The notes under the pieces: generated by a model
Told to the model about the DNA's origin: nothing
The model's input: the letters and a program-made list of their open reading frames with translations, nothing else
Database searches by the model: none
From: Candidatus Moraniibacteriota bacterium
Lineage (GTDB): Bacteria > Patescibacteriota > Minisyncoccia > Moranbacterales > GCA-2747515
Assembly: GCA_027031495.1 (NCBI GenBank)
Contig: JALVQA010000006.1
Location: 16,952 to 80,951, forward strand
Reading direction: 5' to 3'
DNA length: 64,000 nucleotides
In this document: positions 51,162 through 61,704 of the stretch, piece after piece
How the letters are laid out: every line of letters begins with the position of its first letter
How positions within the stretch are numbered: the stretch's first letter is position 1
Program-made: the position numbers and the translations under genes

Positions 51162-52616
51162 ATGATCAAAGAGCTACACGACAAGATTGTCAATGGTGAG
51201 ATTACAGCTGTAGAGCTTGCACAAAAATACCTTGATGTTATTGATGAAAAGGATGGACCAGAAGGTCTTAATGCGTTTCTTACGGTAACGCGTGAGGAAG
51301 CGTTGGCAAAAGCGCGTGCGGTTGATGAAAAAGTAAAGAAAGGAGAAAAGATTGATTTACTTGCCGGCATACCGTACGGTGCAAAAGATGTGATCTGTAC
51401 GAAGGGTATTCGCACAACAGCTGCGTCAAAGATTCTTGACAATTACAAACCGCCATACGATGCGACGGTGATCACAAAACTTCAGAAGGTTGGTGCTGTC
51501 ATGCTCGGCAAAACGAATCTTGATGAGTTTGCTATGGGCGCGAGTACGGAAAACAGTGCCTATGGCTATGTGAAGAATCCGCATGATCCAGCACGTGTTG
51601 CTGGTGGATCCAGCGGTGGTAGTGCTGCGGCGGTTGTTGCAGGTGAAGTTGTATGGGCGCTTGGATCTGATACTGGCGGCTCCATTCGGCAACCGGCTGC
51701 GTTTTGCGGTTGTGTTGGTCTGAAGCCAACCTATGGACGTGTTTCCCGTCATGGTTTGATTGCCATGGCGTCAAGCCTTGATCAGATTGGTCCGCTTACA
51801 CAGAGTGTGGAGGATGCTGCCATTGTGCTATCGCGTATTGCTGGGCAGGATAAAATGGACGCAACGAGTGCGCACAGTGGTGGTAAACTATACGAACGTT
51901 ACCTTACGCGCGATATTGTCGGCAAGAAGATTGGCGTCTTGCCGGCAGAGGTTTATGACAATCTTGATCCGCGCATTACTGAGAGCATTACGCGTGCCGG
52001 TGAGTGCCTACAAGAGCATGGTGCAGTGTTGGAGGAAGTTGCGTTGCCACATTTGAAGCACGCATTGAGTGTATACTACATTATTATGCCGAGTGAAGTA
52101 AGTTCAAATATGGCGCGTTTTGATGGTATTCGTTATGGTATGACTGCTGATGATGGTGTGGATAATGCACCAGGTGACGGTATTCATGAGCGTTATCAGG
52201 ATACGCGTCGCATCTTTTTAGGTGAGGAGGTGAAGCGACGTATAATGCTCGGTACGTACAGTCTTTCTGCCGGCTACTACGATCAGTACTACAACAAGGC
52301 GCAACGCGTACGCAGATTAATTCACCAGGATTTTGTTGATGCTTTCAAGAAGGTGGACGTAATTCTGCTTCCAACGGCACCGGAAGTTGCATTCAAAGCC
52401 GGTGCAAAAACAAGTGATCCACTAACAATGTATCTCTCAGATATTTTTACAGTCGCCATCAATCTTGCTGGGGTGCCGGCCCTGTCGCTACCTGTTGGTA
52501 CACTGGAATATGATGGCACAGAACTTCCTATTGGTGGGCAACTTATCGGAGAGTGGTTTGATGAAGAAGGTCTTCTTGCAATTGGTGATGTGCTTGAGCA
52601 CGCATTAAAACGCTAA
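51162..52616 (+). CDS. gatA: Asp/Glu-tRNA amidotransferase subunit A
   Basis: GKTNLDEFAMG, GGSSGGS, GSDTGGSIRQP. Confidence 0.97.
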   Translation: MIKELHDKIVNGEITAVELAQKYLDVIDEKDGPEGLNAFLTVTREEALAKARAVDEKVKKGEKIDLLAGIPYGAKDVICTKGIRTTAASKILDNYKPPYDATVITKLQKVGAVMLGKTNLDEFAMGASTENSAYGYVKNPHDPARVAGGSSGGSAAAVVAGEVVWALGSDTGGSIRQPAAFCGCVGLKPTYGRVSRHGLIAMASSLDQIGPLTQSVEDAAIVLSRIAGQDKMDATSAHSGGKLYERYLTRDIVGKKIGVLPAEVYDNLDPRITESITRAGECLQEHGAVLEEVALPHLKHALSVYYIIMPSEVSSNMARFDGIRYGMTADDGVDNAPGDGIHERYQDTRRIFLGEEVKRRIMLGTYSLSAGYYDQYYNKAQRVRRLIHQDFVDAFKKVDVILLPTAPEVAFKAGAKTSDPLTMYLSDIFTVAINLAGVPALSLPVGTLEYDGTELPIGGQLIGEWFDEEGLLAIGDVLEHALKR

Positions 52617-52625
52617 CGTAATTAT

Positions 52626-53165
52626 ATGAAATTTGCCGGCGAGGTTACGCAAGATACAACACTGTGGCAAGATATTAGTGCTGTTTTGTCTTTTATTTTT
52701 CATTCACCACTGTTTACTGTTATCAAAGTTCTTGCAGCAATCTACACTGCCGTACTTGTTGTTAATATTATTCTTCTCATCATCCTTAACGGTGCACAAA
52801 AGAGTATCCGCAAAGAGCGTCGTGGCGCAAATTTGCCGACATATGCAGAAGCGCGGCGTAGATGGCGACGCATTATGTCGTACGTTAAGAAAGGAACACA
52901 AAATTACTACAAAGCCGCAATTCTTGAAGCTGATCAGATGGTTGAAAATCTTTTGACGGATACGGGCAGTAAGGAGCCGACAATGCATGAGAAAATTCAG
53001 CGCCTTAAAGAGCAGTATATAGATAGCGCGGAAGATTTGGAAAAGGCGCATGCGATGAGTATGCGCATTGTGCGTGAGCCGTCATTGACTTTGTCGCGCA
53101 AAGATGTTGACGAAACATTGGCGCTGTACAGACATTTTCTTGAGGATATGGAGGTATTCGGCTAA
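52626..53165 (+). CDS. CPR conserved membrane-anchored helical protein
   Basis: TM segment then AILEAD helical domain. Confidence 0.65.
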   Translation: MKFAGEVTQDTTLWQDISAVLSFIFHSPLFTVIKVLAAIYTAVLVVNIILLIILNGAQKSIRKERRGANLPTYAEARRRWRRIMSYVKKGTQNYYKAAILEADQMVENLLTDTGSKEPTMHEKIQRLKEQYIDSAEDLEKAHAMSMRIVREPSLTLSRKDVDETLALYRHFLEDMEVFG

Positions 53166-53178
53166 TACGTTTTTAAGC

Positions 53179-53433
53179 ATGGGTGTAAAAAAGATAACAA
53201 TTTGTCATAAGCGAGATGACTGTATTGGGTGCGGTTCGTGTGCGCTTATTGCATCGCATACATGGGAGATGAACAAGAAAGATGGCAAGGCTGTGCTTAA
53301 AGGTGCGCAATGGAAAGGTAAGGAGTTTATGGTAGCGCAAATTGATGATGACGATGATGTTCTTGCCGCAAATAGACAGGCCGCTGATGCATGTCCGGTG
53401 CGTATTATTCGTATCGCGGGATACAATAACTAA
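53179..53433 (+). CDS. Single-cluster ferredoxin
   Basis: CIGCGSC...ACPVRII. Confidence 0.88.
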   Translation: MGVKKITICHKRDDCIGCGSCALIASHTWEMNKKDGKAVLKGAQWKGKEFMVAQIDDDDDVLAANRQAADACPVRIIRIAGYNN

Positions 53434-53548
53434 TTTTTTAGAGGAATTTGATATTTTTGCGCATTTATTGTAGTATGCCTTGTGTGTACTTTTTAAAATC
53501 AGTCTAAAAGACTGCCCATGCCTGAGGGGAGACGGTGAGGAGTATAGA

Positions 53549-53857
53549 ATGATCTCTGGTTCTTATGAAGGTGTTGTACAAGATTTTTTGAGCACACATG
53601 AACGCCACAAAAGAGATTTTGGCATTATTGAAAAAGAGCAAGTTGAAGGAAAGTGTGTGCTTGTAGTTGAGTACCGCGTCGCACCGGTAACAATGCAAAG
53701 AGAAGTATACGTTCTTGATGGTAGTGGTGGGTATCGAGTAATTGCGGCCGAAACATTTTGTGCAAAAACAGCGCAAACGAAACTTCATATCAAAGAAATT
53801 GATGATAGCGCTGTTGTAATACAAGATCAAAATAGTACGCGACGCATCGTTCTGTAG
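53549..53857 (+). CDS. Hypothetical protein (102 aa)
   Basis: GAGGAG before ATG 53549. Confidence 0.5.
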   Translation: MISGSYEGVVQDFLSTHERHKRDFGIIEKEQVEGKCVLVVEYRVAPVTMQREVYVLDGSGGYRVIAAETFCAKTAQTKLHIKEIDDSAVVIQDQNSTRRIVL

Positions 53858-53997
53858 GAGAATCGTCATTTTTATAAGCCGTGCATTAGTAACTATAATG
53901 TAGTCATGACTGTGCGCGGTTTTTTCTTTGGAAAAAGAGTAATAGGTGTTCTCGATTTGCAAAATTATGGTACACTAAGTGAAAGTATTTGTATTAT

Positions 53998-55788
53998 ATG
54001 GAGACGAAAAATATTCGCAATTTTTGTATTATTGCTCATATTGATCATGGCAAGAGTACGTTGGCTGATCGCTTTTTAGATATAACGGGAACGGTTGAAA
54101 AGCGAAAGATGAAGGAGCAACTTCTCGATCAAATGGATCTTGAGCGTGAGCGTGGTATTACGATTAAGTTACAACCAGTGCGTATGCACTATACGCACGG
54201 CGGTGTGGAATACATGCTCAATCTTATTGACACGCCGGGACATGTCGACTTCCAGTACGAAGTAAGTCGCTCGCTGGCTGCTGTGGAAGGCGCGGTTCTC
54301 CTTGTTGATGCATCACAAGGTGTGCAGGCACAGACACTGTCAAATCTTTATGCTGCACTGGAACAGGATCTTGAGATTATTCCCGTTCTCAATAAAATTG
54401 ATCTGCCGAATGCGGATCCCGATAAAGTTGCGCATGAAATCATGCATGTACTTGGTTGCTCGCGTGAAGATATTCTTTCTGTCAGCGGTAAAACAGGTGA
54501 AGGTGTACATGAACTTTTGGTGGAAATTATTGAGCGCATACCGGCGCCACGTGGAAAGCGTAATGTGCCAGCGCGTGCGTTGGTTTTTGATAGTGTATAT
54601 GATTCATATAAGGGTGTTTTGGCGTACGTGCGCGTTGTTGATGGTACGCTCACGGCACACAAAGATCTTAAGATGATGGCAACCGGCAATACGAGTTCCA
54701 TTGTTGAATTGGGCGTCCTTAATCCACACTATACCGTACAACCGACACTGCAAGCTGGTGAGATTGGCTATGTAGCAACCGGTTTTAAGACGGTTGCGGA
54801 ATGTCGTGTTGGCGATACAATTACGATGGCAACGGAACCGGCACGCACACCACTGAGTGGTTATAAGCAGGTACGACCGATGGTATATGCAAGTTTCTAT
54901 CCGGTTGATGGTGCGGATTATAATGTTATGCGTGACGCGTTGGAAAAGCTTTCTCTCAATGATGCGGCGTTTACTTTTGAGCCGGAGCATAACAGTGCTT
55001 TGGGGCGTGGTTTTCGGTGTGGTTTTCTTGGCCTTTTACACCTTGAGATTATTCAGGCACGTCTGGAGCGAGAATTTGATATAGTGCCGACAATTACGGC
55101 GCCAAGCGTTGTTTACAAGGTCGTACGGACGACGAGCGAGGAACTTATGGTGTATGCACCGTCGGAATTACCGGATCCGTCAACGATTCAAGTAATTATG
55201 GAACCCTACGTGCGCCTTGAGATTTTAGTGCCGTCAACATACCTTGGCAATGTTATGGAGCTCCTTGGACGTACACGTGCAGAGTATAAAAACACGGACT
55301 ATATTGATCAAGATCGCGTGCAACTTATCTTTGAGGCGCCGCTGGCCGACGTGATTGTTGATCTTCATGATCAGCTTAAGAGTGTCTCCAGTGGGTATGC
55401 CTCCATGAACTACGAGTTGATGGATTATCGTGTGTCGGATTTGGTGAAGCTTGATATTCTTGTTGCCGGTGAAAGAGTGGATGCATTTTCGCGTATTGTG
55501 CCACGCGAAGCGGCACAACGCGAAGGGAAGCAGATTGTGGAGAAACTTAAAGAAGTGCTTCCGCGCCAGAATTTTGCCATTGCGCTACAGGCGGCAATCG
55601 GTGGTAAAATCATCGCACGCGCAACGATTAGCGCATTTCGTAAAGATGTGACGGCCGGTTTGTATGGTGGCGATATTACACGAAAGCGGAAGTTGCTCGA
55701 AAAACAAAAAAAAGGGAAGAAACGTATGCAGACAGTTGGTAACGTTGATATTCCGCCACAAGCGTTTCTTGCAGTTATGAAGCGCTAA
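53998..55788 (+). CDS. lepA: Elongation factor 4
   Basis: AHIDHGKST, DTPGH, NKID, YGGDITRKRKLLEKQK. Confidence 0.98.
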   Translation: METKNIRNFCIIAHIDHGKSTLADRFLDITGTVEKRKMKEQLLDQMDLERERGITIKLQPVRMHYTHGGVEYMLNLIDTPGHVDFQYEVSRSLAAVEGAVLLVDASQGVQAQTLSNLYAALEQDLEIIPVLNKIDLPNADPDKVAHEIMHVLGCSREDILSVSGKTGEGVHELLVEIIERIPAPRGKRNVPARALVFDSVYDSYKGVLAYVRVVDGTLTAHKDLKMMATGNTSSIVELGVLNPHYTVQPTLQAGEIGYVATGFKTVAECRVGDTITMATEPARTPLSGYKQVRPMVYASFYPVDGADYNVMRDALEKLSLNDAAFTFEPEHNSALGRGFRCGFLGLLHLEIIQARLEREFDIVPTITAPSVVYKVVRTTSEELMVYAPSELPDPSTIQVIMEPYVRLEILVPSTYLGNVMELLGRTRAEYKNTDYIDQDRVQLIFEAPLADVIVDLHDQLKSVSSGYASMNYELMDYRVSDLVKLDILVAGERVDAFSRIVPREAAQREGKQIVEKLKEVLPRQNFAIALQAAIGGKIIARATISAFRKDVTAGLYGGDITRKRKLLEKQKKGKKRMQTVGNVDIPPQAFLAVMKR

Positions 55789-55832
55789 CAACAGTAGTGT
55801 GCTATAATGAGTAGAGTATAAGGTTATAAAAT

Positions 55833-55937
55833 ATGAAAAGGAAGAAAGTTGTTAAAATTTTTTGGCTTATCATGGCGACGTTGATGATTTTTGCCATGAT
55901 CATCTTTACGATTGCGCCGGCTTTTTATTCCTACTAA
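55833..55937 (+). CDS. 34-aa single-TM microprotein (DUF4044/Prli42-like)
   Basis: MKRKKVVKIFWLIMATLMIFAMIIFTIAPAFYSY; TGcTATAAT upstream; not in ORF track. Confidence 0.65.
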   Translation: MKRKKVVKIFWLIMATLMIFAMIIFTIAPAFYSY

Positions 55938-55964
55938 AAATGGTTCGCTAGCAAAGTGTGTCAT

Positions 55965-56390
55965 ATGCGTATCTCTCTCATTTTCCTTGGCGGTAGTATT
56001 ATTGTGGTGGGCATTGCCACGTTTTTAGGTTTCTCTGGTGTAAAGGAGTACAAACGCGTGAGTGCTATTGATCGTGAAATTGCCTCTATGAAGGCGGAGG
56101 TGGAGCGTCTTGAGCGTCATAATGCCGATTTGGAAGATCGCATATCATATTTTTCATCAGATGCTTACCGTGAGCGTGTAGCAAAGGAACGTCTCGGTTA
56201 CAGACGTTCTGATGAGAAAGTTGTTTTAGTGACACAAAACAATGATGCTACTTCACTATCTGATGGCGCTAGCAAAGAGAGTAGAGGTGATTTTTTTGAC
56301 GACGACAGTAATGATGTTGTGTCTCGTGAAAATACTACGTATGGGTGGATTGAGCGTTTGCTAAATGGTAAAAATAAGAATGAAGAATAG
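55965..56390 (+). CDS. Septum formation initiator FtsB/DivIC
   Basis: TM, coiled coil, ERVAKERLGY..EKV. Confidence 0.85.
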   Translation: MRISLIFLGGSIIVVGIATFLGFSGVKEYKRVSAIDREIASMKAEVERLERHNADLEDRISYFSSDAYRERVAKERLGYRRSDEKVVLVTQNNDATSLSDGASKESRGDFFDDDSNDVVSRENTTYGWIERLLNGKNKNEE

Positions 56391-56421
56391 ATATTGATTC
56401 CACATAGAATAAAAAAATTTT

Positions 56422-57519
56422 ATGAAAAAAACAATGTTTAAAAATAAAGTATTCAAGAAGAAGACGCTCATTCGCAGCATGTTTATTGCGCTCTGTTTAG
56501 GTGCGATTCTCTTTTTTGTGTTTGCGGTGACACTTGTGTATCGTGGAAGTGATTCTGTGCTTGCACGCGGTGTTGAGCGTGTTTTACCGCTACCTGCAGC
56601 GATTATTAATTGGACACACTTTGTCTCCATTGCTGATCTAAAGCGCAATCTTGAGGCGACACGCAATTTTTACGAAAATCAAGATTTTGCAAGCATCGGC
56701 GTACGTATAGATTTTACAACGGAAGATGGGCGCAAGAAACTAAAGCTGTGGGAAGCAACGCTTTTGGACAAACTTATTGAAGATGAGGTCGTTTATATCC
56801 TTGCTGATCGGGCTGGTATTGAAATTACTGATGCGCAGGTGCACGCACGTGTAAAGCAAGAACTTGATCGTTATGGTAAGGGACGTGTTGTGCAGAAAAA
56901 TATTCGTCGTCTATGGGGCTTTACAATGAAAGATTTTGAAGAACGTATTGTAAAGCCGCAGATTTACAGGGAGGCGCTTGAACAGTATGCGCAAAAACAC
57001 TATGACACGACTGCAATGCGACAAAAAGCACTGGAAGCGCATACAGCTCTGGATAAAGGTATGGATTTTGTCGTTGCTGTGAAGACATATTCTGAAAGTC
57101 CAGAGGCTGCTGAGGATGGTGGCAATGCGGGATGGTTTTCTTACGACGATCTTGCACCGGAGATTGCGGATAAAGTGTTTAATCTTGACGTTGGCGCATA
57201 CAGCGATGTTATTGAAACGGATAACGGCTTTCACATTGTTAAGGTTGAAGATCGTCACACTGATACACAAGGGACAAAGGTGCTGTTGCGTCATATTATT
57301 ATATTTAAGCCGACATTTGCACAGTGGCTCGATGACCAGATGCGCGCTTTCACAGTGTATATACCGCTGTCGGCATATACATGGAATACCGAAACACGTC
57401 ATGTTGATATTGCCGATCCAGATCTGAAAGCTTATGTTGAAAAACTAAAACAAGAAGCCGTGACAAATCTTGAAAAAGCGGGATATCAAGAGAGCACAGC
57501 AGAGACAGATAGCTTATAA
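56422..57519 (+). CDS. SurA/PrsA-like foldase with parvulin PPIase domain
   Basis: YSE..GGNAGW..ETDNGFHIVKV; N-terminal TM. Confidence 0.88.
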   Translation: MKKTMFKNKVFKKKTLIRSMFIALCLGAILFFVFAVTLVYRGSDSVLARGVERVLPLPAAIINWTHFVSIADLKRNLEATRNFYENQDFASIGVRIDFTTEDGRKKLKLWEATLLDKLIEDEVVYILADRAGIEITDAQVHARVKQELDRYGKGRVVQKNIRRLWGFTMKDFEERIVKPQIYREALEQYAQKHYDTTAMRQKALEAHTALDKGMDFVVAVKTYSESPEAAEDGGNAGWFSYDDLAPEIADKVFNLDVGAYSDVIETDNGFHIVKVEDRHTDTQGTKVLLRHIIIFKPTFAQWLDDQMRAFTVYIPLSAYTWNTETRHVDIADPDLKAYVEKLKQEAVTNLEKAGYQESTAETDSL

Positions 57520-57551
57520 ATATGCGTATTACAGATGTCTATAAAACAAAA

Positions 57552-57578
57552 CTAGCACTCTCACTTGACGAGTGCTAG
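57552..57578. promoter_or_regulatory. CIRCE element (HrcA operator) overlapping the clpB promoter
   Basis: cTAGCACTC-N9-GAGTGCTAg; TTGACG inside it and TATACT at 57589-57594. Confidence 0.88.
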
Positions 57579-57670
57579 TTTTGTGTTTTATACTTTAGTA
57601 TAGAAGACAGTAGTTGCGTACGATGTAGCAATTTGTTTTCATATAAAAAACTATAAAAATAAAATATACT

Positions 57671-60313
57671 ATGAATATTGATAAATTTACAACAAAAGCA
57701 CAAGAAGTCTTGCAGAATGCGCAGGAGGCAGCGTTAGCGCGTGGCCATCAAAGTATTGGTGCGCTCCATCTCTTGTTTGCACTTTTGCGACAAGGCGATG
57801 AAACAGTGAGTGCTGTACTAAGTGCGCATAATATTGATAAAAGTGCATTAACTGAAGCTGTGGAAAGTGCACTTAAACGAGAGCCGACAGCGTTAGTATC
57901 TGATAGTTCACAAATGGTTTTCAGTCGTGAGTTGGCGCAGATTTTGGAGAGTGCGCAGAAAGAAATGGAGAAACTTGGTGATTCCTTTGTGGCGACGGAA
58001 CATCTGTTTTTAGCGATTCTTGACAATCCGTCAACAGCATCGGACATACTCAAGCATTATGGCATTGATGCAAATGCAGTGCGCACAACACTAAATAACG
58101 TTCGTGGCAACAAGAAAGTTGACACGAAAGAAGGTGGCGGTGATACGCAGGAAGCATTGAAGAAGTATACACAAAATCTCACACAGCGCGTACGCGAGGA
58201 CAAGATTGATCCGATTATTGGGCGTGATGCGGAGATTCGTCGCGTGATGCAAATTCTCTCGCGACGCACAAAGAATAATCCTGTCTTGATTGGTGAACCG
58301 GGTACGGGAAAGACGGCGATTGTGGAAGGACTTGCGCAACGCATTGTAGCCGGTGATGTACCGGAAAACCTTAAAGATAAGGAAATTATCAGTCTTGATA
58401 TGGGTGCGCTGATAGCGGGCGCGAAGTATCGCGGTGAGTTTGAGGATCGCCTCAAGGCGGTGATTAAAGCTGTTGATGAGTCGGCGGGGAAGTACATTCT
58501 CTTTATTGATGAATTGCATATGCTTATCGGTGCTGGCGCTGGCGGTGATAACGCAATGGATGCTGCCAACATTCTCAAACCGGCACTGGCGCGCGGGCAG
58601 ATTCGCACAATTGGTGCAACAACGCTCAAAGAGTATCAAAAATACATTGAAAAGGACGCGGCACTGGAGCGTCGCTTCCAGCCGGTTATGGTAACGGAGC
58701 CATCGCCGGAGGATGCGATCGCCATTTTGCGCGGTATCAAGGAGCGTTATGCGGTTCATCATGGTGTGCGCATTACAGACGATGCTATTATTGCTGCGGT
58801 TAAGTTATCGCAACGCTACATCACCGATCGTTTCTTGCCGGATAAAGCGATTGATCTGTTGGATGAGGCAGCCAGTCAGTTGCGCATAGAGATTGATTCT
58901 ATGCCGGCGGAAATAGATGAACTTGAGCGCAAGATTCGTCAGTTTGAGATCCAAAAGGCAGCGTTGGAGAAGGATTTTGGCGGTGACAAGAAGGGTGGCA
59001 AAAAGACAAAAGAAGATGAGTCAACGGAGAAGAAGCTTGCAGCGATTCAAAAAGAGCTGGCGGATCTTCGTGAGCGCGCACAGGCACTCAAAGTGCAATG
59101 GAAAGCGCAGAAAGACGCAATCATGGCAGTGCGTACAAAGAAGAAAGAACTTGAGAAATTGCGCGCTGAAGCGGAAGCGCTGGAGCGTGAAGGCGAGCTT
59201 GAGAAAGTTGCCGAGTTGCGTTATAGTCGCATTCCATCTCTTGAAAAAGAAATTGCGCAAGCACAAGAAAAACTTGCTGCGCTACAGGGTGAGAATCCAA
59301 TTCTGAAAGAAGAGGTGACAGAAGAAGATATTGCACGTGTCATTTCACAGTGGACAGGTATACCGGTATCAAAGATGCTTGCAAGTGAGATGGAGCGTCT
59401 TGCGCATTTGGAAGATGAACTGCGCAAACGTGTGATCGGGCAGGAGGAAGCGGTTGAGGCAGTTGCAAATGCTATACGTCGCTCACGTGCCGGTATTGCA
59501 CAAGAAGGACGACCAATCGCATCATTCATTTTTCTTGGACCGACAGGCGTTGGTAAGACAGAACTTGCAAAAGCGCTTGCACAGACTCTTTTTGATAGTG
59601 AGAAAGCGTTGGTTCGTCTTGACATGAGTGAATACATGGAGTCACATGCTGTTGCGAAGATGATCGGTTCGCCACCGGGTTATGTTGGCCATGATGAGGG
59701 TGGACAACTAACGGAAATTGTACGGCGCAAACCGTATAGCATTCTCCTCTTTGATGAGATTGAGAAAGCGCATCCTGATGTTTTCAATATCTTTCTGCAA
59801 ATTTTGGATGATGGACGTCTCACTGATGCAAAGGGGCGTACGGTTAACTTTACCAACACAGTCATCATCATGACATCAAACGTCGGTTCTTCAAAGATTA
59901 TGCAGATATACGAAGACGCTGATAAGAAAACGGTTGATGAGGAAGAGATGCGCAAGCGCGTTATGGAAGATGTGCAAAAGACGTTTAAGCCGGAGTTTAT
60001 CAACCGCGTTGACGATATCATCATCTTCCATCCTGTAAATGAGGAGATGCTGCGCAAGATTGTTGATATTCAGATTGGGCAAATTGTGGAGCGCCTTGCA
60101 CAGCGTGATATCACTTTGACGGTTGATGATAAAGCGCGTGCATGTCTTGTTAAGAAAGGTTACGATCCGCTCTATGGCGCACGACCACTCAAGCGCGTTC
60201 TCCAAAAAGAAGTGCTTGATCCTGTCGCACTTGCGATTGTTTCTGATAACACGGGAGCGAAGAAGGCTTTTGCTGTAACGTGTGATGAGAAGGATAAAAT
60301 TATAGTGCAGTAA
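57671..60313 (+). CDS. clpB: ATP-dependent disaggregase ClpB
   Basis: Two AAA+ modules ([16 protein letters not shown]), long coiled-coil middle domain, GYVG loop. Confidence 0.97.
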   Translation: MNIDKFTTKAQEVLQNAQEAALARGHQSIGALHLLFALLRQGDETVSAVLSAHNIDKSALTEAVESALKREPTALVSDSSQMVFSRELAQILESAQKEMEKLGDSFVATEHLFLAILDNPSTASDILKHYGIDANAVRTTLNNVRGNKKVDTKEGGGDTQEALKKYTQNLTQRVREDKIDPIIGRDAEIRRVMQILSRRTKNNPVLIGEPGTGKTAIVEGLAQRIVAGDVPENLKDKEIISLDMGALIAGAKYRGEFEDRLKAVIKAVDESAGKYILFIDELHMLIGAGAGGDNAMDAANILKPALARGQIRTIGATTLKEYQKYIEKDAALERRFQPVMVTEPSPEDAIAILRGIKERYAVHHGVRITDDAIIAAVKLSQRYITDRFLPDKAIDLLDEAASQLRIEIDSMPAEIDELERKIRQFEIQKAALEKDFGGDKKGGKKTKEDESTEKKLAAIQKELADLRERAQALKVQWKAQKDAIMAVRTKKKELEKLRAEAEALEREGELEKVAELRYSRIPSLEKEIAQAQEKLAALQGENPILKEEVTEEDIARVISQWTGIPVSKMLASEMERLAHLEDELRKRVIGQEEAVEAVANAIRRSRAGIAQEGRPIASFIFLGPTGVGKTELAKALAQTLFDSEKALVRLDMSEYMESHAVAKMIGSPPGYVGHDEGGQLTEIVRRKPYSILLFDEIEKAHPDVFNIFLQILDDGRLTDAKGRTVNFTNTVIIMTSNVGSSKIMQIYEDADKKTVDEEEMRKRVMEDVQKTFKPEFINRVDDIIIFHPVNEEMLRKIVDIQIGQIVERLAQRDITLTVDDKARACLVKKGYDPLYGARPLKRVLQKEVLDPVALAIVSDNTGAKKAFAVTCDEKDKIIVQ

Positions 60314-60334
60314 TAGTGGCCTCCTTGCGCACAA

Positions 60335-60363
60335 CAAAACCACCGCTGATGGCGGTGGTTTTG
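60335..60363 (+). terminator. Intrinsic terminator
   Basis: CAAAACCACCGC-tgatg-GCGGTGGTTTTG. Confidence 0.8.
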
Positions 60364-60446
60364 CGTCTCTCCCATAAAGTGCACTATTGTGCTATACTGT
60401 TTATAAAGGGGTTTGCAGTAAAAAGTAATTATTTAGCATAAAAAAT

Positions 60447-61151
60447 ATGCGAGAAAGGTATATGGACCGACTTCTTACGGAGTTTGATCCGGTTGCGGCG
60501 GGTATGTCGCACAGTATGATCTCCGCACATACGATGTGGGGCTGGATTAAGACAACACTGGTTGTCATTGTTGTCATCCTTATCGGTCTGTTTGTTGCGA
60601 CGACACTGGCAAAACTTGCCGGTACAATTGTACGACGTACAAAGATTGATAAGGCATTTAAGAGTCTTGGCTGGGATGAACAGCTTGAAAAAATTGGCCT
60701 CGCCGTTAAACCGAGCACGGTTATTGCGTGGCTTGTAAAGTGGTTCGTAATCATCGCCGTTTTCTCCGGTGTGGTTAACTATCTCGGCGCGCAACAACTT
60801 GCACGTTTCTTTAATGACATTTTGGCTTATTTGCCGAATGTTGCTATTGCGGTTGTTGTTCTTGTTATCGGTTCTTTGGTGGCGAACTCAGTGCGTACAG
60901 CGGTTGCACGTGTGCTTGAAAACACAAAGGATGTAAAGAATAAAAAGCTTGTTGCGTCGGTGCCGTATTATGCAATTATGACGATCACCGTGCTGACGGC
61001 GCTTGATCATCTCGGTATCGGGGGCAATATGATTGAGATCTTGTTTACCGGCGTTGTTGTAGCGTTTTCTCTTGCACTTGGCTTGGCGTTTGGTCTTGGT
61101 GGCAAGGAACATGCTGCGCGTTTTCTTGATGCGCTCACGCGCAACAAGTAG
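60447..61151 (+). CDS. CmpX/TM-helix-repeat (MscS-related) membrane protein
   Basis: YLPNV, ALGLAFGLGGK. Confidence 0.85.
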   Translation: MRERYMDRLLTEFDPVAAGMSHSMISAHTMWGWIKTTLVVIVVILIGLFVATTLAKLAGTIVRRTKIDKAFKSLGWDEQLEKIGLAVKPSTVIAWLVKWFVIIAVFSGVVNYLGAQQLARFFNDILAYLPNVAIAVVVLVIGSLVANSVRTAVARVLENTKDVKNKKLVASVPYYAIMTITVLTALDHLGIGGNMIEILFTGVVVAFSLALGLAFGLGGKEHAARFLDALTRNK

Positions 61152-61216
61152 AAAAAGCACCCGAAAGCGTGCGAATTAAAAAAATACACGACAATCAGAT
61201 TGGTGATGAAAAGTGC

Positions 61217-61244
61217 AAAACCACCACGAGAGTGGTGGTTTTTT
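61217..61244 (+). terminator. Intrinsic terminator
   Basis: AAAACCACCAC-gaga-GTGGTGGTTTTTT. Confidence 0.8.
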
Positions 61245-61332
61245 GTGGATGTTTTGTATAGGAATTATGTTTTGTGCGGGAATTGCCGTAAGAGTACATC
61301 CCTTGTGCAAATGCGAAAAAACAGGGAGAGTC

Positions 61333-61361
61333 TTGCATTATTTGTAAAAATGTGGTATAAA
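61333..61361 (+). promoter_or_regulatory. Sigma70-type promoter
   Basis: TTGCAT-17nt-TATAAA with TG extension. Confidence 0.55.
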
Positions 61362-61387
61362 TAAAGTGGTTCTTTAAGGAGGTGATT

Positions 61388-61567
61388 ATGGATTTTATTA
61401 ACACTCTTTTCTGGGTCCAGGGATGGACTCCACTTACTCTGCTCGGCCTTTTGGCCGTGGCAGAGGCTCTACCGATGCGCTGGACGCGCATCGGTAGGAT
61501 CATCGGGTTGGTCGTGCTTCTGTGCGCGACCAACCTTCTCGGTTTGACAGCCCTATTATTACAATAG
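61388..61567 (+). CDS. 59-aa hydrophobic two-helix peptide
   Basis: AAGGAGGTG before ATG, own promoter and terminator. Confidence 0.65.
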   Translation: MDFINTLFWVQGWTPLTLLGLLAVAEALPMRWTRIGRIIGLVVLLCATNLLGLTALLLQ

Positions 61568-61590
61568 AGGGCTGTCTGAAAGATTTTTTT

Positions 61591-61623
61591 GAAGCACGGA
61601 TTGGTGATCTGTGCTTCTTTTTT
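61591..61623 (+). terminator. Intrinsic terminator
   Basis: GAAGCACGGAT-tggtg-ATCTGTGCTTC-TTTTTT. Confidence 0.8.
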
Positions 61624-61669
61624 ATGTTTGAGATATGTCTTGTGCGCTGTGTTTTTTGTGCCGTGATAT

Positions 61670-61698
61670 TTGACAAAAAAGGTACATCTTGCTAGTAT
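61670..61698 (+). promoter_or_regulatory. Sigma70-type promoter
   Basis: TTGACA-17nt-TAGTAT with TG extension; ATG follows after 6 nt. Confidence 0.7.
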
Positions 61699-61704
61699 GG
61701 ACAC

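Noticed and set aside
50855-52616. gatB missing next to gatCA, and rmlBCD missing next to rmlA
   Set aside because: Split operons are common in CPR; absence from this window says nothing about the genome
53496-53545. Small hairpin CAGTC-TAAA-GACTG and G-rich tract as a possible riboswitch
   Set aside because: Too short and no match to a riboswitch consensus I can recognise
53504-53962. 152-aa minus-strand ORF
   Set aside because: The plus-strand ORF 53549-53857 has an SD and more protein-like composition; this one is probably its shadow
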